Assembly (NCBI GenBank): GCA_963833845.1
Contig: CAWHZL010000004.1
Span: 1,521 to 65,520, forward strand
Reading direction: 5' to 3'
DNA length: 64,000 nucleotides
Origin: Vulcanimicrobiota bacterium
Lineage (GTDB): Bacteria > Vulcanimicrobiota > Vulcanimicrobiia > Vulcanimicrobiales > Vulcanimicrobiaceae
Position numbers and translations under genes: made by a program. Below, in pieces: positions 1 through 10,542 of the stretch (its first letter is position 1; each line of letters starts with the position of its first letter). The notes beneath the pieces were generated by a model. That model saw only the letters and a program-made list of their open reading frames with translations. It was not told the origin of the DNA and ran no database searches.

Positions 1-122
1 GCCCGGAGCGATCGCCGCTGCTCGCAACGCCTCGCAAAGCCTCGCAGCCGCGGCCGTATGCAACGCGGGCATGGCGTGCGCCGACCGTCGAATCACGCCC
101 CGCCAATCCGAACGCGTGCGCG

Positions 123-531
123 ATGTGCGGCGAGCCGGTGCTCAAGCGCAGGCGCCGTCATTGCGATACCTGCATGCCGAAAGCCCGGCGCGAGCATGGT
201 ATCCGCGCGATCGCCGCAGCACGAAAGGCGCTCGCAGCGCAGACTGCCGCGGGCAACGATCCGCGCCGCAGCGCCGCCGTGAACCGGGTGCGAGGCGAAG
301 CGATAAGCCGAGGGACATCGCCGCAATCGCAGCTGGGCGCGCGAGCATCCGGGACAGCGTGACGAGGCATGGTTTAAGCGTGAGATCGTGCCGAAGCTCG
401 ATGCCTTCTCGCTTAAGGAGATCGGCAAGGCGACAGGCCTCTCGCTCGCGGCTTGCTCGCGCATCCGCGCGGGCGCGAAGGTGCCGCATCCGAGGCATTG
501 GGACGCGTTGCTCGCACTGGTCAAAGCGTAG
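123..531 (+). pseudogene. Cys-rich (CxxC..CxxC) / HTH-like hypothetical protein; frame broken by a 1-nt insertion near 305; 5' end uncertain because the frame stays open to the window start
   Basis: ORF 123..362 (MCGEPVLKRRRRHCDTC...) continues in the +1 frame from about 307 to TAG 529..531 (..AEGHRRNRSWAREHPGQRDEAWFKREIVPKLDAFSLKEIGKATGLSLAACSRIRAGAKVPHPRHWDALLALVKA). Deleting one base in ATAAG (303..307) gives one 135-codon ORF. Confidence 0.5.
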
Positions 532-615
532 CCGCTCGCCTCGCATGGGACTGAGCGGCGCTGCGCCGAACAATCTCGGGCGCCGAGGCGTTCTCGGATC
601 ATGGGAGCAAGATAA

Positions 616-1557
616 GTGAAAAATCGAGTTCTTAGCCGTTACGCGCTCAGCAGCTGCGTTGCTGCCGCAATGCTCGCAGGGTGCGGCGGATCGCAGCCGC
701 CGATCGGTGCGCCGGCGATGCCGCAGAGCCGTGCGATCGCGCAGGACGGCGCGCGGGGCAAGTCGTGGATGCTGGCGGACGCAAAGAACAGCGATCTTTA
801 TTATCTTGCCGACGAGTACTCCGTCGTTGTCTTCAACTATGCGGGTAAACGAGTTGGAGCAATCGAGCAGCTGATCAGCCCTGGGGTCTGCTCCGATTCT
901 CACGGCGACGTTTGGATAACTAGCCAGGGCGCGATCAGCGAATACGCTCATGGCGGTACGACTCCAATCGCTGAACTGACCGCACCACCATCGTATCAGA
1001 CCGTCAGCTGCGCGGTAAATCCCACGACGAACGACCTCGCCGTCACACTCAGCCCGAACGGGGTGGCGATTTTTCCGAACGCTTCGGGGGAACCGCAAAC
1101 GTACGTTTCTTCCGAGCGAGTCGAGTTCGCATACTGCGCCTATGACGGCGGCGGGAATCTGTACGTGGACGGACGGCATAGCCACCACGAGGGTTTGTTG
1201 GAAGAGTTACCGAGGGGTGGCAATTGGCGAATTCCACTTAACATCGGTAAGAAGCTCGACGGACCCGGCGGGTTGCAATGGGATGGGCAGTTTCTCGCCG
1301 TCGGAGACGAGCGCAGTAACGTCGTATACCAGGTAGCAATCGAATCGGGCTTCGGAACTATTGAAAGCACGCTTCGCTTCCCCGTTTGGCGACGCCATCA
1401 GAACTATCAGTTTTGGATACACAACGGCGTTATCGCATTTATGTACTCACGCCTCTACTATGGGTTTTGGAACTATCCGGCCGGTGGTCACGAAATTCAC
1501 AAGTTTCGTTATGCCATGGGAACGACGGGTGGGAACGCGCTCAGCCTCGCACCCTAG
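616..1557 (+). CDS. lipoprotein, beta-propeller-like repeat protein (function unknown)
   Basis: GTG start preceded by GGGAG. Signal peptide with lipobox (AAMLAGC-GGSQPPIG). Composition typical of real coding sequence; repeated blade-like segments (DLYYLADE..VVVFNY, GDVWITSQGAISEY, GNLYVDG). Confidence 0.75.
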   Translation: MKNRVLSRYALSSCVAAAMLAGCGGSQPPIGAPAMPQSRAIAQDGARGKSWMLADAKNSDLYYLADEYSVVVFNYAGKRVGAIEQLISPGVCSDSHGDVWITSQGAISEYAHGGTTPIAELTAPPSYQTVSCAVNPTTNDLAVTLSPNGVAIFPNASGEPQTYVSSERVEFAYCAYDGGGNLYVDGRHSHHEGLLEELPRGGNWRIPLNIGKKLDGPGGLQWDGQFLAVGDERSNVVYQVAIESGFGTIESTLRFPVWRRHQNYQFWIHNGVIAFMYSRLYYGFWNYPAGGHEIHKFRYAMGTTGGNALSLAP

Positions 1558-1701
1558 CACGCAAGGGGGTGGTGCATTAGCGCGGCCCGCAACCTCGTCG
1601 GTCGCTCGGCTTCCCGCTCGGCTGCTCCGGTGGGAGCGCGCCCGGTCCCGCCGAAGCAGCACCGGGCCCCGTGACGCTCACGGTGCAAGGAGCACGTACC
1701 A

Positions 1702-1828
1702 ATGAGGAGTTCACAGTTGAGCCGCTTCGCGCTAAGCGTTTGCGTCACTACGGTTATGTTGACCGGATGCGGCGGATCGCAGCCGCCGATTCGGCGCGCC
1801 AGGCGCGATGTCTGAAGGCTCACGCTGA
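1702..1828 (+). pseudogene. N-terminal remnant of a paralogous lipoprotein gene (signal peptide only, with a 1-nt insertion)
   Basis: AAGGAG RBS, then MRSSQLSRFALSVCVTTVMLTGCGGSQPPI. 21 nt (ggcggatcgcagccgccgat) are identical to the gene at 616. An extra T at 1790/1791 relative to the paralog shifts the frame: the current frame stops at TGA 1813, and the corrected frame (..GAPGAMSEGSR) stops at TGA 1826..1828. Confidence 0.55.
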
Positions 1829-2625
1829 TGGAACCGTGGCAACCGCTCCAGCTGACCTTTCTCAGACTCGCCGTGATCGTATCGCTCGCGTCGTTGCTAG
1901 GCGCCGCGCCGCAAAGCGGTCCTAAGGAGTGGTCCCGAGTGTTCGTTAGTGTTTACGGCTGCGAGCGCGATCAGAGTAGTTTTTTTACACCGGCGCCTGC
2001 CTTGCCGGAGGTAGAACTCTACGATCAAAGCCAGATGTCCAAAGCCCGAAGTAACGTAACAATTCGGCCTACGGTCCACAGAGCGGCTGGGGACGAATGG
2101 GGTGCCGTGGGGTTTTATTTTGATGTAACGCCTGGGTACTATGAGCTCACCCTATCCTTCAGCGGCCGATCACCGTGCGGCGCAAACGGACCATTGATCG
2201 TGATACCAGGGGCCGATCGTCATATTGTCGTCTTTAGCGACAATGGAGTTACGAACCGGCATGCGAGACTTGCTCTTGCTGGCGTCATACCGGTAGCTTA
2301 CGGCATCTCAGTTCAAGCCGTTCGGCTAGACAGGCCGGCGAAGTGTGGCGACGACATCGCGCAATATACTTTCAAAGAATCCGATGGTGTGGTCGATGCC
2401 GGTGTCTACTACGCGAATCTTATGGCGTACGACCAGCAAGATCATACGATCGCGCTAGTTCTGTCAGGAGCCCTCTTCACGCGGCGAGCGATACTTCTTA
2501 CCGTCCCGCTAGGCGGCTCGAATCACGCAAGGGACCTCGTCATACGGAGTCTCTTTTACGATGCGGTTTGGGTGGCGCTGCAAGCGACGCCACCTGGGCA
2601 CTTCACTTGTATTAGTCACTATTAA
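1828..2625 (+). CDS. hypothetical secreted protein
   Basis: 265-aa ORF with a hydrophobic N-terminus (LRLAVIVSLASLLGAAPQ) and non-Arg/Ala-biased composition. Visibly more A/T-rich than the flanks. I recognise no family. Confidence 0.6.
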   Translation: MEPWQPLQLTFLRLAVIVSLASLLGAAPQSGPKEWSRVFVSVYGCERDQSSFFTPAPALPEVELYDQSQMSKARSNVTIRPTVHRAAGDEWGAVGFYFDVTPGYYELTLSFSGRSPCGANGPLIVIPGADRHIVVFSDNGVTNRHARLALAGVIPVAYGISVQAVRLDRPAKCGDDIAQYTFKESDGVVDAGVYYANLMAYDQQDHTIALVLSGALFTRRAILLTVPLGGSNHARDLVIRSLFYDAVWVALQATPPGHFTCISHY

Positions 2626-2982
2626 GGAACTTGTATACCCCCACCCTGCCGCGCCCGCGAGTCCGCATCGCGCTAGTCCGCGTTCATGACTCAGCTCCTT
2701 AGAAGCCCGCAGTTACGCAGCCCCCCGCGCCTCTGCCCCGCTGCACGGCTTCGCGATCGCGAGGCCGTTTCGCATTGCAGCCTCGATCGGCGCGCGTAGC
2801 TCGCATTGCAGCTGCGGCACCTCGCAGCGCGGAAGCCTGGCTCGCAGCAGCCTCGCACCTAGCGGCTTAGATCGCGGCGCTTAACGCGTTGCGGCTCGGA
2901 TCGCGGTGGCTGGGGCTGCGGCCTGGCTTAGCCTAGCACTGGCAGGGGGGCGGCATTTTGAGAGGCCCCAACTCCTTTCCCT

Positions 2983-5631
2983 TTACGCAGCGGCGCCGTG
3001 GCAGCGTTTGAATTTTTTGCCGCTGCCGCACGGACACAATTCGTTGCGACCAACTTTTGGTTGGTCGCGTTGGACCGGTTTCGCCGGTTCCTCGTCGTCT
3101 TTGTTCGTGTGGAATTGTTGAACGCGGCGGCCCGTGCCGGGAGCGGGGCCGAGGATTTGCTCGAGGCCTGCCGATGAAACGTTGCCGCCGACCGAGACCG
3201 GCTGGGGGATCACTTCGCCGGAGGGAATCGGCTCGAACTGCGGGCCGGGCGGATAGGGTTGAAGCTCCTGCGGCGGCGGCCCCTGCTCGATGACGACGCG
3301 GAATACGCCTTTGATCGCTTCGTCGGCGATGTTATTCTTCAGCGATTCGAAGATTTCGAAGGCTTCCTTCTCGTACTCGACGCGCGGATCTTTTTGCCCG
3401 TAGCCGCGCAAGCCGATGCCGGTTTTGAGGTGATCCATCACGTACAGGTGATCGACCCACTGGCGATCGATGATCGGCAGCAACAGATACTTCTGCTCGA
3501 CGACGCGCAGGATCTCCGGCGTTACTTCCTTCTCTTTCGTCTCGTATGCCTCGATGGCTTTGGCGCCCAGCAGCCGGCGAATCTCTTCTCGATCCTTGCC
3601 CGCTAAATCGGCGGCGTTCGTCGTCCGTTTGATCGGGAAGACGAGCTCGAGTGCATTGAGCATCTCGTCGAGATCCCATTCGCTCGGATGCGCGTTTTCC
3701 GGTGCGTTCTCTTCGAGCGCCTCGTCGACTTTCGCGTCGAGCGTCTGCAGCATGAAGGTACGGGAGTCGAACTTGCCTTCCAGATTCGCGCGACGATCCG
3801 CATAGATCACGCTGCGCTGCTTGTTCATCACGTCGTCGTATTCGAGAACGTGCTTGCGAATCTCGTAGTTGTGCGCCTCGACCTTCCCCTGAGCCCGCTG
3901 AATCGACTTCGAGACGAGGCCTGATTCGATTGGCTGCTCGTCGGTGAAGCCAACTCGCTCCATAATGTTCGTCATGCGCTCGCCGCCGAAGAGCCTCATG
4001 ACTTCGTCTTCGAGCGAAACATAGAAGCGCGAGGATCCCGGATCGCCTTGCCGGCCCGAGCGGCCGCGCAGCTGATTGTCGATGCGCCGCGACTCGTGGC
4101 GTTCCGTACCGATGATGTGCAGGCCGCCGTTGCGCGCGACGCCGTCGCCGAGCTTGATGTCGGTGCCGCGGCCGGCCATATTGGTGGCAATCGTCACCTG
4201 GGCGTCCTGGCCGGCATCCTTGATGATCTCGGCTTCCTGTTCGTGATACTTCGCGTTGAGAACGTTGCACTCGACGCCTTTACGCCGCAGCATCGCGGCA
4301 AGCAACTCGCTCTTCTCAATCGAGCGCGTGCCGACGAGCACGGGACGGCCCTTCTTATACTCCTCGATGATCTCGTCGACGACGGCTTCGAACTTGGCAC
4401 GTTCCGATTTGTAGACGATATCGGAGTTGTCTTTACGCACCATCGGCATGTTCGTCGGCACGACGACCACGTCGAGGCTGTAGATATCGCGGAATTCGCG
4501 CTCTTCCGTCTTCGCCGTACCGGTCATTCCGGCGAGATGCTCGTAGAGGCGGAAGAGATTCTGGAACGTGATGGTCGCCAGCGTCTGATCCTCGCCGCGG
4601 ACCTTGATGCCTTCCTTCGCCTCGATCGCCTGATGGATACCGTCGGAGTAGCGCCGGCCGAGCATCAGCCGTCCGGTGAACTCGTCGACGATGATCACTT
4701 CGCCGTCCTTGACGATGTACTGCTGGTCGCGATGGAAGAGATTCCACGCCCGCAGCGCCGCATTGAGCTGGTGGGTCAGCTCGATGTTCCGCTGATCGTA
4801 AAGGTTCCCGACGCCGAGCATCTTCTCGACGCGAGCGACGCCCGCTTCGGTGATCGGCACCGCGTGCGCTTTCTCGTCAACGGTGAAGTCTTCGACCTTC
4901 TTCAGCCGAGGAATGATCTGCGCGAACTTCTCGTAGAGCTCGGTAGCCTCTTGCGACGGACCGCTGATGATCAGCGGCGTACGCGCTTCGTCAATGAGAA
5001 TCGAATCGACCTCGTCGACGAGCGCGAAGTAGAGCTCGCGCTGCACCAGGTCTTCGACCTGCCAGGCCATGTTGTCGCGCAGATAGTCGAAGCCGACTTC
5101 GTTGTTCGTCGCATAGGTGACGTCGCAGTTGTAGGCGGCGCGGCGCTCCGCGGAATCGAGCCCATGCTGGATGACCCCGACGCTGAGCCCGAGATATTGA
5201 TAGATCGCGCCCATCCAGTCGGCGTCGCGACGAGCGAGATAATCGTTGACCGTAACGACGTGCACGCCGCGCCCTTCCAGCGCGCGCGCGTAGACGGGCA
5301 GCGTGGCGACGAGCGTCTTGCCTTCGCCGGTCTTCATCTCGGCGATCCGGCCTTCGTAGAGCACCTGGCCGCCCATGATCTGGACGTCGAAGTGGCGCAT
5401 CCCGACCGTGCGTTTGCCGGCCTCGCGCACGACCGCGAAGACCTCGGGCAGCATTGCGTCGAGCGGCTCGCCCTGCTCGAGCCGGTTCTTGAACTCGGCG
5501 GTCTTCGCTTGCAGCTCGGCGTCCGGCAGCGCCGAGAACTGCTCGTCGAAGGCATTGACGGCACGCGCGGTGCGCCGGAGGCGCGCCACGTCCCGTTCGT
5601 TACCGTCTACTAAGCTCTTGAGAAATGCCAT
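2983..5631 (-). CDS. secA: preprotein translocase ATPase SecA
   Basis: 882 aa. Motor motifs [48 protein letters not shown]-terminal zinc tail [14 protein letters not shown]. Confidence 0.98.
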   Translation of the reverse strand: MAFLKSLVDGNERDVARLRRTARAVNAFDEQFSALPDAELQAKTAEFKNRLEQGEPLDAMLPEVFAVVREAGKRTVGMRHFDVQIMGGQVLYEGRIAEMKTGEGKTLVATLPVYARALEGRGVHVVTVNDYLARRDADWMGAIYQYLGLSVGVIQHGLDSAERRAAYNCDVTYATNNEVGFDYLRDNMAWQVEDLVQRELYFALVDEVDSILIDEARTPLIISGPSQEATELYEKFAQIIPRLKKVEDFTVDEKAHAVPITEAGVARVEKMLGVGNLYDQRNIELTHQLNAALRAWNLFHRDQQYIVKDGEVIIVDEFTGRLMLGRRYSDGIHQAIEAKEGIKVRGEDQTLATITFQNLFRLYEHLAGMTGTAKTEEREFRDIYSLDVVVVPTNMPMVRKDNSDIVYKSERAKFEAVVDEIIEEYKKGRPVLVGTRSIEKSELLAAMLRRKGVECNVLNAKYHEQEAEIIKDAGQDAQVTIATNMAGRGTDIKLGDGVARNGGLHIIGTERHESRRIDNQLRGRSGRQGDPGSSRFYVSLEDEVMRLFGGERMTNIMERVGFTDEQPIESGLVSKSIQRAQGKVEAHNYEIRKHVLEYDDVMNKQRSVIYADRRANLEGKFDSRTFMLQTLDAKVDEALEENAPENAHPSEWDLDEMLNALELVFPIKRTTNAADLAGKDREEIRRLLGAKAIEAYETKEKEVTPEILRVVEQKYLLLPIIDRQWVDHLYVMDHLKTGIGLRGYGQKDPRVEYEKEAFEIFESLKNNIADEAIKGVFRVVIEQGPPPQELQPYPPGPQFEPIPSGEVIPQPVSVGGNVSSAGLEQILGPAPGTGRRVQQFHTNKDDEEPAKPVQRDQPKVGRNELCPCGSGKKFKRCHGAAA

Positions 5632-5647
5632 GGGGGTAGGGATGCTT

Positions 5648-6826
5648 CTACGGAATGATTCCTATTCCGGTTACGGCGCCGGGGGAAGTGTAAGTCGTCT
5701 GAGGCGGAACGTCGTGGCTACTCCCGGCTCCGGCCCCGGCCGGGAAGACGTAGATGACACCCGCCCCGCCGGCCGTCGAATCGGCCACATAGGTCAGGCC
5801 GTCTTTGTTGACCTTGATATCGGTCGGCGAGTTGAGCAGCGTATGGCAACCCTGGATCTTTCGAATCGGCTTCGTGTAGGGAATCTTCTTATTAAACGGC
5901 GGGAAGACGAGGATCGCCGCTGCGCTGGTAGAGCCGCAGTTGGCTTTGGGCTGCCCTTGGTCGACGATATAGATGTTACCGCCCGAATCGAGAGCCACGC
6001 TGGTCGGCGTAATCACTTCGTTCTTTGCGGTAATCGAAAAGCGCGGATAGATGTTGACCGGCGTCGGCGTTGGTGAGGGCGTCGGGCTCGGGCTCGGGCT
6101 TCCCGTCGGCGTCGGCGTCGGTTTCGGCGTCGGCGTCGGTTTGGGCGTCGGCGTCGGCTTGGGCGTCGGCGACGGCGTCGGCAGGACGAACTGCGAGACC
6201 GTGGCGCCGTTGATGTTGGCGACGTAGATGTGGCCGAACCGGTCGAGCGCAATACCGCCCGGCACGTTCAAATTCGGGTGCGGCCCGGCAATCGACTGAT
6301 ACGGCGACGACGCTCCGGCTTGGAACAGGAGAATCTCGCTCGGGTAGATCGACGTCGAAATGTTATCCGCGATGACCATGATCGGCGGGGGCGGTCCGGC
6401 CGAGCTCGAGGGAAAGGGCGTTGGCCCCTTCGGCGTAAAGGCGATGCCGCGTGGATGCCCCGGCACCGAGGTCGTCCCCAGGGGAGTGACGTCGCCGGTC
6501 GCCAACGCGGCAAATTCGACCAAAACGGCGTTGTGCGTGCTCTGGTTATAGTTCGTTACCCAGAGGTTCTGGCGGCGATCGAAGGCCAGATATTGCGGAC
6601 CATCGAGCGACGTACTTCCGCCGCCGATATTGAAGGAAGGTCCGCTTCCATTCTTGCCGCCGCTGTAGATGCTGATCGCGTTTTGGTTAGTATTGGTCGC
6701 ATACAGCGTCTTCGACGGGAAGTTCGGCCCGACGTTAACCCCGGTCGTCATACCGAGGTTGCTGCACGCGACGGTCGCGGCCGTCGCAGCAAGGGCAATA
6801 AAAGCTAAAGCACGCTTAGACAGCAT
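5648..6826 (-). CDS. lipoprotein with beta-propeller (NHL-like) repeats split by a Pro/Thr-rich linker
   Basis: AGGAGA RBS. Lipobox (ATVAC-S). Blade-like repeats ([31 protein letters not shown]). (PTPKPT)n linker. Confidence 0.8.
   Translation of the reverse strand: MLSKRALAFIALAATAATVACSNLGMTTGVNVGPNFPSKTLYATNTNQNAISIYSGGKNGSGPSFNIGGGSTSLDGPQYLAFDRRQNLWVTNYNQSTHNAVLVEFAALATGDVTPLGTTSVPGHPRGIAFTPKGPTPFPSSSAGPPPPIMVIADNISTSIYPSEILLFQAGASSPYQSIAGPHPNLNVPGGIALDRFGHIYVANINGATVSQFVLPTPSPTPKPTPTPKPTPTPKPTPTPTGSPSPSPTPSPTPTPVNIYPRFSITAKNEVITPTSVALDSGGNIYIVDQGQPKANCGSTSAAAILVFPPFNKKIPYTKPIRKIQGCHTLLNSPTDIKVNKDGLTYVADSTAGGAGVIYVFPAGAGAGSSHDVPPQTTYTSPGAVTGIGIIP
6060..6185 (-). repeat. in-frame tandem 18-nt repeats encoding the (PTPKPT)n linker
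   Basis: cgtcggcgtcggtttcgg / cgtcggcgtcggtttggg / cgtcggcgtcggcttggg consecutive units on the + strand. Confidence 0.85.
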
Positions 6827-7002
6827 TCTCTCTCCTGGGTTCCCGTAGCGGCGTGAGTTTCCTCGGCACGTACGCGCTGGGCAAGGAACCAGACGGCGGC
6901 CGCAACGATCAGCACGATCGCGACGAAGACGATGATTCGGCGCAAGCGGCGCCGCTGGTAGGCGGGCCGGCTGGACTCGACGTCGATGATCTGGCGCGGC
7001 AT
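6805..7002 (-). CDS. possible small single-pass membrane protein
   Basis: 65-aa ORF with one clear TM helix ([19 protein letters not shown]). Overlaps the downstream gene start by 22 nt. No recognisable family. Confidence 0.35.
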   Translation of the reverse strand: MPRQIIDVESSRPAYQRRRLRRIIVFVAIVLIVAAAVWFLAQRVRAEETHAATGTQERECCLSVL

Positions 7003-7011
7003 CGAAGGAGC

Positions 7012-7827
7012 CTAAACGGCCTTTCGCAATGGGTGATTGAGGTCGCTCGTCTGAACGAGCTTGAGCATTTCGCCAACGGTGACGAAGCGGTAGCCGGCCT
7101 TGCGGAACCGCTCGACCACGAACGGCAAAGCTTCAATTGTCGCAAGCTTCCCACTGTGGAGGAGCACGATCTCGGGCGCGGTCGCGTGCTCGACGAGGTG
7201 GCGCTCCAACTGATCGACGGTAACCGAGCGCCAGTCGCCGCCGTCGTCGGTCCAGAGCACGACCGAATAGCCGAGGCTTTGCGCGACCTGTAACGTCCGT
7301 TCGTTGTAGCGTCCGTGCGGCGGACGCATCAGCGTGCGTACTGCCGGATCGCGACTGAGATCCCACAGCACGTCGCGCCCTTTCACAATTTCGTCGCGAA
7401 CTTGATCGTCGGATTCCTGATCCAAATTCGGATGCGTGAAGGTGTGATCGGCGATCTCGTTACCTTCGGCTTCGATGCGACGCGTGAGCTCCGGCCACGT
7501 CTCCGCATCCCGCCCGATCAAAAAGAAGGTTGCGGGCACGCGCAGATCGCGCAGCACGTCGAGGAGCATCGGCGTGTAGACCGGATACGGTCCGTCATCA
7601 AAGGTCAGTGCAATCAGCCGCGGCCGGTGGGAGCGATCTTCCGGAAGCTCGTGGGTAACGCGGTAGAGCCGCGCGACGACGTCGTTTGAGAACTCCAGAT
7701 GCACGTTGGTTTCGGGCGTGACGAACGACGGCACGAGATTGCTCTTGTGCTCGATGAAGCGCCAGCCGCCTGCAATCAGTGCGGCTGCCGCGAAAACGGC
7801 AAGCATGCCCCTCACGGCCGGCGACAC
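7012..7827 (-). CDS. polysaccharide deacetylase (NodB homology domain)
   Basis: N-terminal TM/signal. NodB motifs [19 protein letters not shown]. Confidence 0.9.
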   Translation of the reverse strand: MSPAVRGMLAVFAAAALIAGGWRFIEHKSNLVPSFVTPETNVHLEFSNDVVARLYRVTHELPEDRSHRPRLIALTFDDGPYPVYTPMLLDVLRDLRVPATFFLIGRDAETWPELTRRIEAEGNEIADHTFTHPNLDQESDDQVRDEIVKGRDVLWDLSRDPAVRTLMRPPHGRYNERTLQVAQSLGYSVVLWTDDGGDWRSVTVDQLERHLVEHATAPEIVLLHSGKLATIEALPFVVERFRKAGYRFVTVGEMLKLVQTSDLNHPLRKAV

Positions 7828-7828
7828 G

Positions 7829-9196
7829 TCACAACGGATGGTCCTGCGAGGCGGTCAGCGGCAGGCTCGTCGCCAAATCGTTGCCCACGATTACGGTCAC
7901 GTCGCTGCCGGTCGCGGCCGAGTCGGTCGGCGGTGCGCTCGGCACCTCCGAGGCATCGGGAACGACGACCGCTTCGTGCCCGCGCGGCGGTAGCGCTTCG
8001 CGTACGCGCGCGCCGGCATAAACGACGCTCGAATGTTCGTGGATCTCGGTCGCGGAGTAGTCGGAGCGATCGGCGTTGCCGACCTCACCGATCGTAAATC
8101 CGGCGTGCTTGAGCTTCGCGGCGACACGCCGCGCCGCACCGCTGACGGCGCTGCCGTTCTCAACATCGACGCGCAGGGTCGAGGGCGGAATCGCGGCGAG
8201 CGCCATCGCGCTCGGAGAGGCGACCGGCTCGGGCGCCGGGGTCAGCATCTGCGCGACCAGCTGCTCGCGCGCCTTCGTGTTGGGAACCAGTGAATCGCCG
8301 TACCCCGGCAGATTGACGTCGTCGGTGTAGGGCACTTGTTTGCTGACGATCGAGCCGTTGGCGACCCCCTGGAAGTGCGTCGCGAGCGAGATCAGCTCCT
8401 GATTGGTGAAATCGGTCTGGACGTACTTTTGGAAGACGCCCAACAGGTCGCCGAGATGCATCAGCGTGTTGACGCGGTCGCCGCGAACTTTATCGGCCAC
8501 CGCGCGCATCACTTGCTGCTGGCGCATGATGCGGCACGGATCGCTGCACCAATCGTGACGAAAGCGCATGTACGCGACGGCCTGCTCGCCGCTGAGGTGC
8601 TGCATCCCCTCCTTGAGGTGGATGTGCAGGTGCCCCCACGTATCGTCGTAGTCCAGCGTGCCCCCGGTGCAGCCCGTCTTGTACCAGAGACAGTCCGAGG
8701 ACTTCACGTAGAGATTGACGCCCCCGATCGCGCCGATGAACTCTTTGGACGCGTCGATGCGCAGAACGACGTACCGGTCGAAGCCCGGAATTCCGAGCCA
8801 CTGCGCGATCACGCTCTTGGCCTCTTTCACGCCGCCGTCCGATTGCGCCTGATTGATCTTGGCCTGCGTGCCGTTGGGCATCGTGGCGATCATGTCGCGC
8901 GGAATCGAGAGCTCGTCGATGCGCTTGTTCGCAAAATCGAGATTGACCGCCCAGATGACGTCGCTGCGCGAATTGGTAGAGAACTCTTCGTCCTTGGCCG
9001 TATAGTCGTAGTCCAGGCCCTCGACGAGCACGAGCAGATTATCTTTTCCGAAAACCTGTTGCGGCGGCGGTACGAAGATCTGCGTCAGTGCCGTGACCGG
9101 GTTGCGATGTTCGACGACGGAGTACCCCGTCACCGTCGAGATGAGCGCCAGCAGGATCACACCGGCGACGATCGCGATTTTAAGCTGAATGCTCAA
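7829..9196 (-). CDS. LCP (LytR-CpsA-Psr) family cell-envelope phosphotransferase with LytR_C-like C-terminal domain
   Basis: N-terminal TM helix. Core RSDVIWAVNLD..LSIPRDM. C-terminal LRVDVENGSAVSGAARRVAAKLKHAGF. Confidence 0.85.
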   Translation of the reverse strand: MSIQLKIAIVAGVILLALISTVTGYSVVEHRNPVTALTQIFVPPPQQVFGKDNLLVLVEGLDYDYTAKDEEFSTNSRSDVIWAVNLDFANKRIDELSIPRDMIATMPNGTQAKINQAQSDGGVKEAKSVIAQWLGIPGFDRYVVLRIDASKEFIGAIGGVNLYVKSSDCLWYKTGCTGGTLDYDDTWGHLHIHLKEGMQHLSGEQAVAYMRFRHDWCSDPCRIMRQQQVMRAVADKVRGDRVNTLMHLGDLLGVFQKYVQTDFTNQELISLATHFQGVANGSIVSKQVPYTDDVNLPGYGDSLVPNTKAREQLVAQMLTPAPEPVASPSAMALAAIPPSTLRVDVENGSAVSGAARRVAAKLKHAGFTIGEVGNADRSDYSATEIHEHSSVVYAGARVREALPPRGHEAVVVPDASEVPSAPPTDSAATGSDVTVIVGNDLATSLPLTASQDHPL

Positions 9197-10530
9197 ACTG
9201 CGCTGCGCTCCGCGGATACCGCCCGGCCGTAAAAGTCGAAGGGCCCATGCTCTTCCAACATAACGTCAGAAAACGCGCCAACCTTAGCATTTCCTGTGAA
9301 ATAGACGCCGCCATCGACTCCCGGCGCTTCACCTTGCGAGCGCCCGAACCATCCTCGTTTTTCATTAAGATGCTCTTCGACCAGCACGCGCACGGTCGTC
9401 CCGCAGCGAGTGCTGCGCGTCTGCTCCGACGCGACCCGCTGCGCCTCACGCAAGCGAATCAAGCGCCGGCGCCGCCGCGCGGCACCGATTCGTCCGGAGA
9501 GTTCGGCTGCCGGCGTGCCTTCCTCGGCGCTGTACTCGAAGAACCCGACGCGGTCGAGGCGCGCGCGTGCGATCCAGCCTTCTAGATAATCGACGTGCTC
9601 TTCGGTTTCGCCCGGGAACCCGACGATGAAGGTCGAGCGCATCGTGATGCCTGGAACGCGCGAGCGGAAGTCGTCGAGGATCTCGAGATAGCGTTCGCCG
9701 TTGCCGGGGCGCCGCATCGCCCGCAGCATCTCCGGATGCGCGTGCTGCAACGGCATATCCATGTATTTGCAAACCTTGGGGAGGTTTGCGATTGCGTCGA
9801 TCAGCTCGCGATCGACGGTCGCCGGATACAGGTAGAGCAGCCGAATCCACTCGAGCGCGTCGATCTCGTGCAGCCGCGCGAGCAGACGCGCGAGGCCGCC
9901 GCGGCGTTCTCCGCGATCGCGTGCCCACATCGAAGTATCTTGCGCGATCAGGATCAGCTCCTTTGCGCCGCCGGCGACGAGCGCACGTGCCTCAGCCAGG
10001 ATCGACTCCTCGCTGCGGCTGCGAAACGCGCCGCGCAACTGCGGGATGATGCAAAAGGTGCACGGATGATCGCAGCCTTCGGCGATCTTGAGATACGCGG
10101 TCGCGCGCGGCGTCGTGACCAGGCGCGGCAGAAAGTCGTGCTCGGGCTCGGCGATCAAATCGAGGCGCACGGGGCGGCGCCCCGCCTCGACGTCGTCGAG
10201 GAGCTCGACGATGCTCGAGTACGCTCCCGTGCCGACGACGCCGTCGATCTCGGGAACCAGACTCTGCAGCTGCGACCCGTAGCGCTGCGCGAGACAGCCG
10301 GCGACGATCAGATGCTGATCGCGCCGCTTACGGGAGGCGTGCTCGAGGATGACCTCCGTGGATTCTTCTTTCGCCGGATCGATGAACGCGCAGGTGTTGA
10401 TCACGACCGTGTCCGCGCGCTCCGATTCGGGCTCGAGGCGCCACCCCGCACCGGCGAGCTTCGCGATCATCACCTCGGTGTCGACGAGGTTTTTCGCACA
10501 GCCCAAACTCACGAACGCGACGCTTCGCAT
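9193..10530 (-). CDS. rimO: ribosomal protein S12 methylthiotransferase RimO
   Basis: VAFVSLGCAKNLVDTE N-terminal MTTase domain. Radical-SAM CDHPCTFC. C-terminal TRAM-like domain. Confidence 0.9.
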   Translation of the reverse strand: MRSVAFVSLGCAKNLVDTEVMIAKLAGAGWRLEPESERADTVVINTCAFIDPAKEESTEVILEHASRKRRDQHLIVAGCLAQRYGSQLQSLVPEIDGVVGTGAYSSIVELLDDVEAGRRPVRLDLIAEPEHDFLPRLVTTPRATAYLKIAEGCDHPCTFCIIPQLRGAFRSRSEESILAEARALVAGGAKELILIAQDTSMWARDRGERRGGLARLLARLHEIDALEWIRLLYLYPATVDRELIDAIANLPKVCKYMDMPLQHAHPEMLRAMRRPGNGERYLEILDDFRSRVPGITMRSTFIVGFPGETEEHVDYLEGWIARARLDRVGFFEYSAEEGTPAAELSGRIGAARRRRRLIRLREAQRVASEQTRSTRCGTTVRVLVEEHLNEKRGWFGRSQGEAPGVDGGVYFTGNAKVGAFSDVMLEEHGPFDFYGRAVSAERSAV

Positions 10531-10542
10531 CGAACCCGCAGC

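Noticed and set aside
1813-1815. In-frame TGA between the lipoprotein signal stub and the 1828 ORF as possible selenocysteine or readthrough.
   Set aside because: No SECIS-like hairpin follows. The paralog comparison shows a 1-nt insertion upstream, so this frame is not the original one. The downstream ORF has its own start and hydrophobic N-terminus.
2626-2982. The 357-bp non-coding gap as host of a known ncRNA, riboswitch or secA terminator.
   Set aside because: I could not recognise any conserved RNA motif (tRNA, SRP, 6S, tmRNA or common riboswitch cores). Only weak 5-bp stems follow the secA stop. The gap is reported only for its CTCGCA and TCGCATTGCAGC repeats.
4048-5613. 521-aa ORF on the + strand, and similar long ORFs elsewhere (25267..27159, 27764..28873, 28870..30114, 62207..63358, 42692..43648, 9595..10704, 14968..16092).
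   Set aside because: All are antisense or out of frame relative to genes with unmistakable homology (secA, dnaK, dnaJ, S53 peptidases, mutY, rimO, mqnE). Their Arg/Ala/Asp/Gly-rich composition is typical of spurious open frames in GC-rich DNA.
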